Source: an uncultured Phycisphaerales bacterium (GTDB taxonomy: Bacteria; Planctomycetota; Phycisphaerae; Tepidisphaerales; Tepidisphaeraceae). From it: DNA of 64,000 nucleotides. Both the position numbers and the translations under genes were made by a program. Where the stretch lies: positions 1,312,001 to 1,376,000 of the forward strand of contig CAWJPJ010000007.1 of the NCBI GenBank assembly GCA_963844715.1. The letters run 5' to 3'. Below are positions 33,678 through 44,789 of this stretch, in pieces; position 1 is the stretch's first letter, and each line of letters starts with the position of its first letter. The notes beneath the pieces are model-generated. The model made no database searches. It was not told where the DNA came from and saw nothing but the letters and a program-made list of their open reading frames with translations.

Positions 33678-35732
33678 ATGACCACAGATCAGGAATTGGC
33701 GTCGGCGGTTCAATTGCATCAGGCCGGAGATCGCGCCAAGGCGGAGGCGATCTATCGGCAAATTCTGGCTCGCGAGCCGAATAATGGCCATGCATTGCAT
33801 CTACTCGGCGTGATCGCCTTGCAAAACGGGAGAAACGAGGAGGCGGTCGAGTTGATTCGGCGGGCAATCGCCAATGGACCGGATTGGGCGGATTTTCATT
33901 TCAATCTGGGGTCGAGTCTTGCGGGGCTGCGGAGATGGGATGAAGCGGCGGCGGAATTTCGGCGGGCGCTCCAGATTCAGCCCCGGGTGGCGCAGACATT
34001 TCTTTCCCTCGGCAACGTCCTCTCAATACAACGGAAACTGGATGAAGCCGCGGATGCTTACCGGCACGCGATAGACGTTAGAAGCAATTTCGCCGAGGCT
34101 CACAACAATCTGGGGAACGTGCTGCGCGAATTAGGCCGTCTAGGCGACGCGGTTGACGCCTATCGTGAAGCGCTTCGCCACCGCCCCGATTTCTCCGCCG
34201 CCGAATTCAATCTGGCGGCGACATATGAAGCCGAGGGAAACGCGCGGCAGGCGATCGCCATCTACTCCCGTCTCGTGAATCGGTTCCCCGATGATTTTCT
34301 CTCGCAAAACGCGCTGGGGGCGGCGCTGGGGGGGCAGTGGCAACTGGACGACGCGGAAGCAGCCTTGCGGCAGGCGCTCCGCTTGCGGCCGATGTCGGCG
34401 GAAGCGCTGAACAATCTGGGAGCCGTGCTCAAGGAGATGGGCCGCATCGAGGAGGCGCTGGATTGTTTTCGCCGGGCGATCGATGTCGCGCCCGATGCGC
34501 TGGTCCCGCACGAAAACTATCTGCTGATGATCCACTACAGCGATCAATTCGACGGGCCGAGGATTCTGGCCGAGATGAAGAAATGGGACCAGCGTCACGC
34601 CAGGCCCCTCAAGAAGCTGGACCCCCCGCCGACACTAAGCCGCGCTTCCGGCCGCAGATTGCGGGTCGGATACGTGTCGCCGGATTTTGCGGATCATGTC
34701 GTGGGCCGAAACCTTTTTCCCCTCTTTCGCGAGCATGATCGGGAAGCGTTTGAAGTATTCGCCTACAGCAATCTCCGCCGCCCGGACCGGATTACCGAGC
34801 AGTTTCGGACTCATTCCGATCAGTGGCGCGACGTGTCGCGATTATCCGACGACGCCCTGGCCCGGCAGATTCGAGACGACGGGATTGACATTCTGGTCGA
34901 CCTGGCCGGGCATACGCATCGGAATCGACTCCTGGTCTTCGCCCGCCGGGCGGCGCCAGTCCAAGTGACATTCGGCGGGTATCCGGGCGGCACGGGGCTC
35001 GCCGAGATGGATTATCATTTGACGGACCAGTATCTCGATCCGCCCGGCATGACGGAAATCCATTACGTCGAAAAACTGATTCGAATGCCCGACAGTTTCT
35101 GGTGCTACGACCGGGAGGCGATGGGGCTGGAGGACGGGCCGCCGGTCGGCGCACTGCCGGCGGAAACCACGGGGTTCGTCACGTTCGGATGCCTGAATAA
35201 TCTTGGGAAGATTACGCCCAATACGCTTCAGCGATGGTCGAAGGTTCTCAACCGCGTGCCCAACTCACGAATGCTTTTACTTGCGCCCGAAGGTTTGTTC
35301 CGGGGTCGCATCATCGAGCAACTTCGAGTCGACCCATCCCGCGTTTCATTTATTCCGCGCATCACGCGGCTGGAATATCTCGCGGCGCACAATCGCATCG
35401 ACGTGGCACTCGATTCGCTTCCATACGGATGTCATACAACGGGATTGGATTGCTTGTGGATGTCCGTGCCGATCGTTACGCAGATTGGGGGAACAGCGTG
35501 CGGGCGAGCGGTCTTCAGTCATCTATCGAATCTGAAACTGACTGAATTGGCGGTGCCGAGCGACGATGAGTTTGTGGAACTGGCGGTGCGACTGGCCGGC
35601 GATTTAGATCGGCTGAGAGAATTGCGAGGGGAAATCCGCCAGAGAATGCTTGATTCCCCCCTGATGGACGCCAAGCGATTTGCGCGGAATGTGGAGAATG
35701 CGTTTCTCGAAATGGCGGCTGGCGCGCGCTAA
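33678..35732 (+). CDS. TPR-containing O-GlcNAc transferase-like protein (SPINDLY/GT41)
   Basis: Tandem TPRs then LRVGYVSPDF, IDILVDLAGH, APVQ, TFGCLNN, LDSLPY. Confidence 0.92.
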   Translation: MTTDQELASAVQLHQAGDRAKAEAIYRQILAREPNNGHALHLLGVIALQNGRNEEAVELIRRAIANGPDWADFHFNLGSSLAGLRRWDEAAAEFRRALQIQPRVAQTFLSLGNVLSIQRKLDEAADAYRHAIDVRSNFAEAHNNLGNVLRELGRLGDAVDAYREALRHRPDFSAAEFNLAATYEAEGNARQAIAIYSRLVNRFPDDFLSQNALGAALGGQWQLDDAEAALRQALRLRPMSAEALNNLGAVLKEMGRIEEALDCFRRAIDVAPDALVPHENYLLMIHYSDQFDGPRILAEMKKWDQRHARPLKKLDPPPTLSRASGRRLRVGYVSPDFADHVVGRNLFPLFREHDREAFEVFAYSNLRRPDRITEQFRTHSDQWRDVSRLSDDALARQIRDDGIDILVDLAGHTHRNRLLVFARRAAPVQVTFGGYPGGTGLAEMDYHLTDQYLDPPGMTEIHYVEKLIRMPDSFWCYDREAMGLEDGPPVGALPAETTGFVTFGCLNNLGKITPNTLQRWSKVLNRVPNSRMLLLAPEGLFRGRIIEQLRVDPSRVSFIPRITRLEYLAAHNRIDVALDSLPYGCHTTGLDCLWMSVPIVTQIGGTACGRAVFSHLSNLKLTELAVPSDDEFVELAVRLAGDLDRLRELRGEIRQRMLDSPLMDAKRFARNVENAFLEMAAGAR

Positions 35733-35906
35733 TGCAAGAAATCCCGCGTAGATCGACCGCGTCAAGTTGGCACTGGCGGATTACAGGCCCCAATTTCCTC
35801 CCAAATTACCAAAAACGGCCATAATTGGATGGCAAGGATACGTTTTCCCACACTTTCCCCGGCGGATTATCCAAACAATTTCCACTACAAAATCAGCAGA
35901 AAAATA

Positions 35907-36027
35907 TGGACGTCTGGGTTTCATATAGTAACATTCCCTACCAGCGGAGATAGGCCTGCTTGGAGAGGGTCCAGGTCGTCAAATGGTAAGGCTGCCCGGA
36001 TCCGGCAGGGGAGATTAGGAAAATTCG
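35907..36027 (+). promoter_or_regulatory. Putative sigma70 promoter and leader of GH28 copy 1
   Basis: TGGACG-N16-TAACAT, conserved in front of copy 2. Confidence 0.45.
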
Positions 36028-37603
36028 ATGCGGATTTTGTGTTCGCTGCCACAGCGGCCCGCGCGGGTGCTTCCTGTTTAACAAAATGATGCTGACTGCC
36101 GCGGGGGCGGCCGTGCCCATGCTGGCATACCAGGCCGCTGCGCAGGCGCAGTTCCAGCCAACTCTCCCGACGATCAGTCCGCTCGACTTCAACGTCACCG
36201 AGGCAAACGGGGGCGTTTCCGGCGCGAGCATCGATGGCGGTGCGACCGCCGGGACGGGGAGTTCCGTCAACAACACGACCGTCCTCCAGGACTTCATCAA
36301 CTACGCCTCGACCGCCACCACGATGGTCAACGGCGTGACCGTAACCGGGGGCACCGTGGAGCTTCCCGCCGCGGCCGCAGCCTATTTCACGAAGACTCTG
36401 ACGATTGATAGCGATGTCAACCTGGAAATCGACTCCGGTGCCACGTTGGAAAACAGCTCGCCGCTCACGACGCTGCTGACCACCAGCGGCAACATCACCA
36501 ACGTCGCGATCACGGGCGGCGGCATCCTCAATAACAATGAAACCAGCGCCACGTCCAGCAACAACATGCTCGCGCTGTCGAACATCACCAACCTGCTGGT
36601 GAACGGCGTGACCATCGAAAACTCGCCCCACGAGCACCTGGTCCCCGAGGGTTGCAACAACGTCACCATCAACGCGATAAAAATCACCGATACGAATTTC
36701 CTGGGCAATACGGACGGGATCGACTACTCGGGGAACAATTTCCTCATTGAGAACAGTACGATCGCCGACGGCGACGACGATATCGTCGCCAAGCCCGGTA
36801 ACACCGAGCCGGGAACTTTCTGCAGCAACATCCTGATCCAGAACGACGTCATCACCAACGGGCACGGAATCTCCATCGGCGGAGAAACGATCGGCGGATT
36901 GAACAACATGACCGTGAACAACATCACGTTCAATTCTCCCACGCTGAACGCCGTGTCCAACGGCATTCGCCTCAAGGCGGGCCGCGGGAACGGCGGGCTG
37001 GTGACGAATGTCACCTACAACGACATTACGATGATTAACGTCGGGACGCCGATTCAGATCAGCAGTTGGTACGTGAACGGCAGTACCGACGCATGGCCAA
37101 ACACGGTCGTGAACGGCGTAAACACTACAAACGCCGCCGCCGCGAGCAACGCGGCGGTCAATGCCACGACGCCGATTTGGAAGAACATCACGTTCTCCAA
37201 CATCACCGAGACCCACTCGGCGAGCAATTCGCTGATCTACGGGTTGCCCGAATCACCGGTGCAGAACGTCATCTTCAATAATGTGTCATTGGATCGTGCC
37301 CTCACGGTCAATTACGCCGGTTACAACGGCACCTATAGCCCGACCCTGGTATCCGGCCTGGATATCCAGTTGATCAACACCACATTGAATGGGACATTAA
37401 TGGTTCCCGGTTCGGCGGCCGCCGAACTCGCGAATTCGACCTACTTCACTCAATCGCCCAACGGGATGTATCAGGCCGATGTCGCCATCGAGGGTGCCGT
37501 CGTTCCAGAGCCAAGCTGCGGATTCCTGCTGGCGGGCGGCTTGGCGCTCATGATGCGAAGGCGAAAGCCGGCGGACCCGGCCGCCGTGGGAAGTTCGAGT
37601 TAG
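36028..37603 (+). CDS. GH28 polygalacturonase-like beta-helix protein with PEP-CTERM, copy 1 (2-nt shift in signal region)
   Basis: NTDG, GDD, GHG and RLK motifs; C-terminal VPEPSCGFLLAGGLALMMRRRK; ATG at 36028 aligns with the copy 2 start. Confidence 0.9.
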
Positions 37604-37878
37604 TCGCAGGCGACAACCGAATCTCGACCACAACTCGATCCCTATGGCACAAGCACCCCGTAGGGCTACATCGTACTTTGCGCAGAACTTGAACCCGCCG
37701 CGGAATGCTTGGCCGGAAATCCCTATTGACGGCGATAGATTGTCGCTGATCGATAACTGGCCCCCATTTCCAGCCCAAATTAGCGGAAATGTCACTTTGG
37801 ATAAATCAACTTGCATTTTGAGGCGCCCTCTAACTTGGTTCTTCCCGATTACTCCACTGCAAAATCGACAGATAAATG

Positions 37879-37998
37879 TGGACGTGGGTGATTCGTATAG
37901 TAATATTCCCTATAGCGGAGACAGACCTGATTGGAGAGGGTTAAGGTCGTCTATGGTAGGGCTTCCCGGATACAGGTTGGGGAGATGAGGAAATTTCG
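37879..37998 (+). promoter_or_regulatory. Putative sigma70 promoter and leader of GH28 copy 2
   Basis: TGGACG-N16-TAATAT, homologous to 35907-36027. Confidence 0.45.
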
Positions 37999-39568
37999 AT
38001 GCGGATTTTGTGTTCGCTGTCACAGCGGCCCGCGCGTCAACGCCCCTTGTTTAACAAAATGATGCTGACTGCCGCGGGTGCGGCCGCGCCCATGCTGGCT
38101 TACCAGGCCGCAGCGCAGGCGCAGTTCCAGCCAACTCTCCCGACGATCAGTCCGCTCGACTTCAATGTCACGGAAGCCAACGGCGGCGTCTCTGGCGCGA
38201 GCATCGATGGCGGAGCGACCGCCGGGACCGGAAGTTCGGTCAACAACACCACCGTCCTCCAGGACTTCATCAACTACGCATCGACCGCCACCACGCTGGT
38301 CAACGGCGTGACCGTCACGGGCGGCACAGTGGAGCTTCCCGCAGCGGCGGCAGCCTACTTCACCAAGACTCTGACCATCGACAGCGACGTCAATCTGGAA
38401 ATCGACTCCGGCGCCACGTTGGAAAACAGCTCGAATCTCACGACGCTGATCACGACCAGCGGTAACATCTCCAACGTCGCGATCACCGGCGGCGGAATTC
38501 TCAATAACAACGCCGGCAACAGCACCTCCAACGACAACATGCTCGCGCTGTCGAACATCACCAACCTTCTGGTGAACGGCGTGACCATCGAAAACTCGGC
38601 ACACGAGCACTTGGTCCCCGAGAATTGCAACAACGTCACCATCAACGCGATAAAAATCACCGATTCAAACCTGACTCGGAGCAATACGGACGGGATCGAC
38701 TACGCCGGCACCAATTTCCTGATTGAAAACAGCACGATCGCCGACGGCGACGACGACATCGTCGCCAAGCCCGGCGAAAACACCGGGACGGACACGTTCT
38801 GCAGCAATATCCTGATCCAGAACGATGTCATTACCAACGGGCACGGAATCTCCATCGGCGGTGAAACGGTTGGCGGATTGAACAACATGACCGTGAACAA
38901 CATCACCTTCAATTCCCCCACGCTGGACGCCGTGTCCAACGGGATTCGCCTCAAGGCCGGCCGCGCGAACGGCGGCATGGTGACGAATGTCACCTACAAC
39001 GATATCACGATGATCAATGTCGGGACGGCGATTCAGATCAGCAGTTGGTATGTGAACGGCAGCGATGCGTGGCCAAGTGCGAACGGCGTTTCAAACGCCG
39101 CCGCCGCGACCAACGCGGCGGTCAATGCCACCACGCCCATCTGGAAGAACATCACCTTCTCAAACATCACCGAGACCAATTCCGCGAGCAATTCGGTAAT
39201 CTATGGGGTGCCGGAAGCTCCGGTGCAGAACGTCGTCTTCAATAATGTCTCGCTCGATCGTGCCCTCACGGTCAATTACGCCGGTTACAACGGCACCTAT
39301 AGCCCGACCCTGGTATCCGGCTTGGATGTCCAGTTGATCAACACTACATTGAATGGGACCTTGATGGTTCCCGGTTCGGCGGCCGCCGAACTTGCGAATT
39401 CAACCTACTTCACTCAATCGCCCAACGGGTTGTATCAGGCCGATATCGCCATCGAGGGCGCCGTCGTGCCCGAGCCAAGCTGCGGCTTCCTGCTCGCGGG
39501 CGGCCTGGCGCTCGATGATGCGCAGGCGTAAGCCGCGCAATCCCGTCCCCGCGGGAAGATCGAGCTAG
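37999..39568 (+). CDS. GH28 polygalacturonase-like protein with PEP-CTERM, copy 2 (1-nt shift near 39514)
   Basis: Same four GH28 motifs; VPEPSCGFLLAGGLAL then MMRRRK in the shifted frame. Confidence 0.9.
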
Positions 39569-39739
39569 CCGCCGCCGATTTCTGATTCGAATATTCGCAA
39601 CACCCACATCCCTGCCGCACCTGCGGCGGGGATTTTCTCTTGATGGCCGACCACGCAAAGCGGTTGCGCACCTCTCTCGATAACCTTTGAGTCCAATAAC
39701 CGGATGGCGGCGATTTTTTTCGCCTGGAGGCGTTGCGGC

Positions 39740-41176
39740 ATGAATAAGCCGATTTCTAACGCCGAATTGCGGGATAAGAAATCATTGTCCCCAGAAGAAT
39801 CCGCGTCGGAGCATCTGCTGATCGCGACCGGCGATATCCGGCGGCGGGAGTTTCTGCGGAAATTCCTTACCGAGCAGGGTCCGCGATTCAAACTGCGATT
39901 CGCCGACGAGCCGGATTGCCGCGCGAGGCCCTTCTGGACGAATCAATCTCCGCGGTGGTGACGGACCAAAGAATGATCGACGCGATGGAAAACCAGTGGG
40001 GCGAAAAGAAGAAGCCGATCGTTCTCTTTCCGACCCTGTCACGCGACGGGGATTTCAGCCCGACGGCGAACCCGCGCCATCTGCGCCGCTTCATCCGCGA
40101 AGAAATGAAATTATTCATGAATCGGCTGAATCACGCGGTGAGCCAGTGGAGACGAGCGCACAGCGATCGGCGCGCCCCATGGGGAAAGGGAAAAGTCCGC
40201 GCGCAAGACCGCTCTGATCCGATGTGCGGATTTATGGGCGCATCGGCGCTGGAACAACTCGGCCCGGCCAGCCCCGAAGCGAATGAGCGGCGGCAGGTCG
40301 TGGGATGCGTGGTGTTCAAGCTGGGAGGCGCGCAAAAAAACGGGCAGGCGTGCGACCGGACGCTTTATCTGGCGGCGCGAACCCTCCGCCAGCATATGAA
40401 GCGCGCCGATCTCGGGGTCTGCCTCGACGAATCGACTCTGGCGGTAGTGAAGCCTTCGTCCCCGCTGGGGGAATGCTGGATCTGGGCGGAAAACGCACAG
40501 AGGCGGTTCGACGGAACGGGAGCGGTGCGATCGGGGCAGGTTGCCGTCGTGGGAGTCGGGGTGCACGAGATCGCCGCCGCGGGCGCATCGGCGCCCGCCA
40601 TAAAGGCGGCGATCGCCGACGCCGAACGGTCGGCCAAATCACATGGTGCATTTGCTCGAGGAGAAGGCGCTGCTGGATCCGCTTACCGGTCTGGGCAATC
40701 GCGCCATGTACGACCGCCAAATGGCGGCGGAAATCGCGTCGCGCATTCGATTCGGAACGCCGCTTTCCTGCATCGTGATGGACATCGATCGCTTCAAGGA
40801 ACTCAACGACACCTGGGGGCATCCGTTCGGGGATGGCGTCTTGCGCGAGGTGGCCGGAATCATCTCCGGGGCATGCCGGACCGGCGATATCGCCTGCCGG
40901 TACGGCGGCGATGAGTTTGCAATCATCTCGCCGCGAACCGGAGCGGCGGACGCCGTGCTCCTGGCCCGCCGAATTCAGGAGAATGCGGCCAAAACCGAAT
41001 TTCGAAAAGACGGGCAATCGATTCGCATTTCAGTGAGCATCGGAGTCGCCGATGCGGGGGATTTATACGATCGAACGATGTTCCAAAGGGCCGATGAGGC
41101 AATGTACTGCTCGAAGGAAAAAGGCGGCAACTGTGTAACAATGACGTCGATCCTGGCGCAATCCGCCGCGGCGTGA
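39740..41176 (+). CDS. Diguanylate cyclase (GGDEF), frameshifted
   Basis: DPLTGLGNR, DIDRFKELNDTWGH, RYGGDEF; N-terminal part spread over adjacent ORFs. Confidence 0.8.
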
Positions 41177-42506
41177 AGATAGGGGGGTTGGATCGAACGA
41201 CTTGGTTCGGAAGCACGCCATTTTTGCCAGCGGTTCGCTGGAAAATGACAAAAGATTTCGCGGATTTTTGGGGGCTGGGCGGACAATTCCATGGTAGCCT
41301 TGCGAACCTGCGGAAGAGTGGACGGGAGATTGGCTTGGGCGCGCGGGCAGTCCGGCGCGACGGGCTGAGCGTAGGACGGCGAAAGATTTTGGATGCGGAT
41401 TTTGCACTCGCTGCCCGCGCAACGCGCGCATAGTCCCTTTATTAGAAATGTGTTGTGGTCCGCGGTTTGGACGGCATCGCCGTTCCTTGGATGGAGCGCC
41501 GCGCAGGCCGATCCCACGCTGCCGACGATCGGGCCCGTGGTTTACAACGTGACGTTGCCCAACGGGGGCGTCAGCGGGGCAAGCATCGACGGCGGGTTGA
41601 CCGCCACCGGCGACGGAACCAGCAACGACACGTCGATCATCCAGGCTTTCCTCAACTATACCTCGTCCACCGAGACGATCGTGAACGGCGCGACAGTAAA
41701 CGGCGCGACGGTGGAAATCCCCGCGTCGGCCGCGCCGTATATGTCCAACGAACTGGTCCTGGGCAGCAACGTCAATTTGCAAATCGACTCCGGAGCGACG
41801 CTTCAGAACATGACGCCAGCCAATACCTTGATCGCGAATACCGAATTCAATTCGAATATCGAAATCACCGGGTCGGGGATCATCAACGACAATGCGTCGA
41901 CGACGAGCAACAACGACATGATCGCTCTGTATCTCGTGGAGAACCTGCTGGTCAACGGCGTGACGATCGAAAACGCGTCTCATGAACACCTGGTGACCGA
42001 GGGGGACTCAAACGTCACCATCAACGGAATCAAAATTTCCGACGCGCTGACCCTGTCCAATACGGACGGCGTGGACTATTCGGGGTCGAATTTTCTGATC
42101 GAAAACTCAACGATCTCGGATGGAGACGACGACATCGTCGCCAAGGCGGATGAAGGGCCCGTTAACAACGTCAGCATTCTCAACGACGTGATACTTCGCG
42201 GGAACGGAATATCGATCGGCGGGGAGACGAATTACGTGCGCTTATGTTGTCCACCACATAAGCGCACTTATGTGTTGAGTTTAGTTATGTGCTCGGCCGT
42301 AAGAGATGTTCCTGTGGTCTGTGGGCCTTCTCGCTTCTGATCTGTTACGGCAAGAGCATTATTTTCGTTGGATTCATCCCGTGTGCGCCATCATTCGATC
42401 AGCTAATGCTGTTCCACTCCCACGCCGATACTCGCAACATAACTAATTGATCGTCCACGCCTCATTGCCGAAGCAGCGGGCAAAGCCGATCTCGATTTGT
42501 TCCGCG

Positions 42507-43846
42507 ATGTTTGAGCAGTTTGTCACCCGTCGAAAGCATTTGCAGTTGCACCGCGAAAGCCCGATGCGCGAGGAACGGGAACGTTACCTGCGGCATCTGG
42601 TCGAAGATGGCCGCGCGCTGGAGACGTTCAAACATGCTGCTGGATATACCCTCCATGCTGCCATATTGCTGGACCTCAAGCCTGGACAGGTTGTTAACGA
42701 GGAACAGTTGGCACGTTGGGTCCTAAATGGCGTGACGGCAACTTTCGCGGCGGCTTGCATCGTAGGAAGCCATCGGCCGCCACCATCCATAAATTCCTGG
42801 GCCGGATAAGACATTGGCTGGCATTTTGCGGACGCATGGAACGTTCGTTCATCCGCGGGCCTTTCGATGATCTGATGCAGGGTTTTATCGAGTTCAAGCG
42901 CGCCGAACATGGATGGTCGCCCTGTACCGTCGGCATTTACCGCCGCGACGTTGGCCTGTTTCTAGCCTGGGCGGCCAAACATCCGGGCGGCGATTTGCGG
43001 AAGCTCGACGCGCGAATGTTGACGGGCTATCTACAGGAACCACAGTTCACGCGATGGTCGCGGTGCTCCATCGCCAGCCATATCTGTCACGTGCGCGTGT
43101 TCTTGCGCTGGCTCGGCGGTCGGCGCGGTTGCGAACCAACCCTGTGGGACTGCATCCATGCGCCGCGGCTCTATCGCCACGAACGCTACCCCCAGGGGCC
43201 GACATGGGCACAAGTCCGTGAACTGCTTGATTCAGCCGATACCAACGATCCTGTCGACGTTCGCGATCGCGCGATGATGCTGTTGATGGCCGTTTATGGT
43301 TTTCGCTCAGGCGAAGTTTGCGGCCTGCGCCTGGAAGATATCGACTGGGAGAATGGGGTCATTCGTCCGCCACGGCCGAAGCTGCATCGTGTCGGAACCT
43401 ATCCGCTCATTTCCACCGTGGGTGATGCCATCGTCGCCTATCTGAAGATCCGGCCCATCTGCCGGCACAGAGAGGTCTTCATTTCCATGCTTCAGCCTTA
43501 TCGCCCGTTGATGTCGGCTGCCACGGTCGTCTGCGACCGCCAGAAGTCGCTGGGCCAAAAGCTCAAGCGTTACGGACCGCACGGCTTGCGTCATGCTTGT
43601 GCAACCCATTTGTTGTCGGAGGGATTCAGCCTCAAACAGATCGGCGATCATCTTGGGCACTCCATCGTTCAGTCCACTGAGATTTACGCCAAGGTGGATA
43701 TGACGAGCTTGATGACGGTGGGCGACGTCGATTTGGGCGAACTGATCGAGTTCAACGCCGCCTGCGAGCGCCGACACTCTCGGCATCCCGACCGGTTTTG
43801 CGCGACGCGATGCGCTCGGCGGCAACTGTATGGTTATGTAGCCTGA
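42507..43846 (+). CDS. Tyrosine recombinase, RitA-like (frameshift near 42718)
   Basis: GFRSGE, HGLRH, HLGH, IYAK. Confidence 0.92.
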
Positions 43847-43856
43847 AGGAGCAGGA

Positions 43857-44789
43857 ATGAAGGTCTCGGCCTGTGTTAACAGTTACGTGGAGTACCGCCA
43901 ATCACTGGGCATTGGTTTTTGCAGAGAAAAAGGCCTGCTCCACGCCTTTGCCCGAGCCGTTGGCGATGTCGAGCTGCGGCGCGTGACTCCTCAAACAGTG
44001 CGCCGCTATCTCGATGGAGATGGCCCCGTCACCAACTATTGGCTCTCCAAGTATCATGCCCTGGCCGGTTTTTATCGGTTTGCGATCAGCCGCAAGTACG
44101 CATCGGCGTCTCCGTTGCCGCGGGACAAGCCTCGTCGGCAGTGGTCGTTCATTCCCTACATTTATTCGGTCGCGGAGATGAAGTCGCTCTTGGAAGCGAC
44201 CAGTCAGCGGTATCGCAACTGTTGGTTACTCAGCCCAGCCACCATGAGAACGATTCTGTTGCTGCTATATGGCAGCGGGCTTCGCATCAGCGAAGCGTTG
44301 GCGCTGAATGTGGAAGACGTGGACCTGCGGGCGAGCATCCTTACCATCCGCCAGACCAAGTTCTACAAAAGCCGGCTGGTGCCGATCGGCGCTGACCGGC
44401 GCAGTCTGCTGATCGCCTACCAAGGCAAGCATCGCGCCGGCGACGCCGGCAATGACAAGCCGTTTCTAACCGATCGCACGGGACGGCGGATTGCCAAGCA
44501 GACCGCGCAACACAGCTACAAGCTCCTGCGCGAACAGATTGGAATCCGCCGACCAACCAGCTTTTTCTTTCAGCCGAGGTTGCATGATCTGCGGCATACC
44601 TTCGCTGTGAACCGGCTGATTAGCTGGTACCGCGCGGGCAAGAACGTTCAGCAATTACTACCACGCTTGGCGACGTATCTGGGCCATCGCAGCGTTCGCG
44701 AGACGCAGGTTTATCTGCAACTGACCAGCGAACTGGCCCAGGAGGCAAGCTCTCTCTTCCGCAACTACGCCTTACCGATGGCAGGATGA
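43857..44789 (+). CDS. Tyrosine recombinase, RitB-like
   Basis: GLRISE, TKFYKSRLVP, HDLRHTFAV, LATYLGH, VYL. Confidence 0.95.
   Translation: MKVSACVNSYVEYRQSLGIGFCREKGLLHAFARAVGDVELRRVTPQTVRRYLDGDGPVTNYWLSKYHALAGFYRFAISRKYASASPLPRDKPRRQWSFIPYIYSVAEMKSLLEATSQRYRNCWLLSPATMRTILLLLYGSGLRISEALALNVEDVDLRASILTIRQTKFYKSRLVPIGADRRSLLIAYQGKHRAGDAGNDKPFLTDRTGRRIAKQTAQHSYKLLREQIGIRRPTSFFFQPRLHDLRHTFAVNRLISWYRAGKNVQQLLPRLATYLGHRSVRETQVYLQLTSELAQEASSLFRNYALPMAG

Noticed and set aside
36028..39568. AAC-rich near-duplicate genes as a diversity-generating retroelement TR/VR pair
   Set aside because: Differences are not adenine-specific, both copies are full-length genes, and there is no reverse transcriptase in the window.
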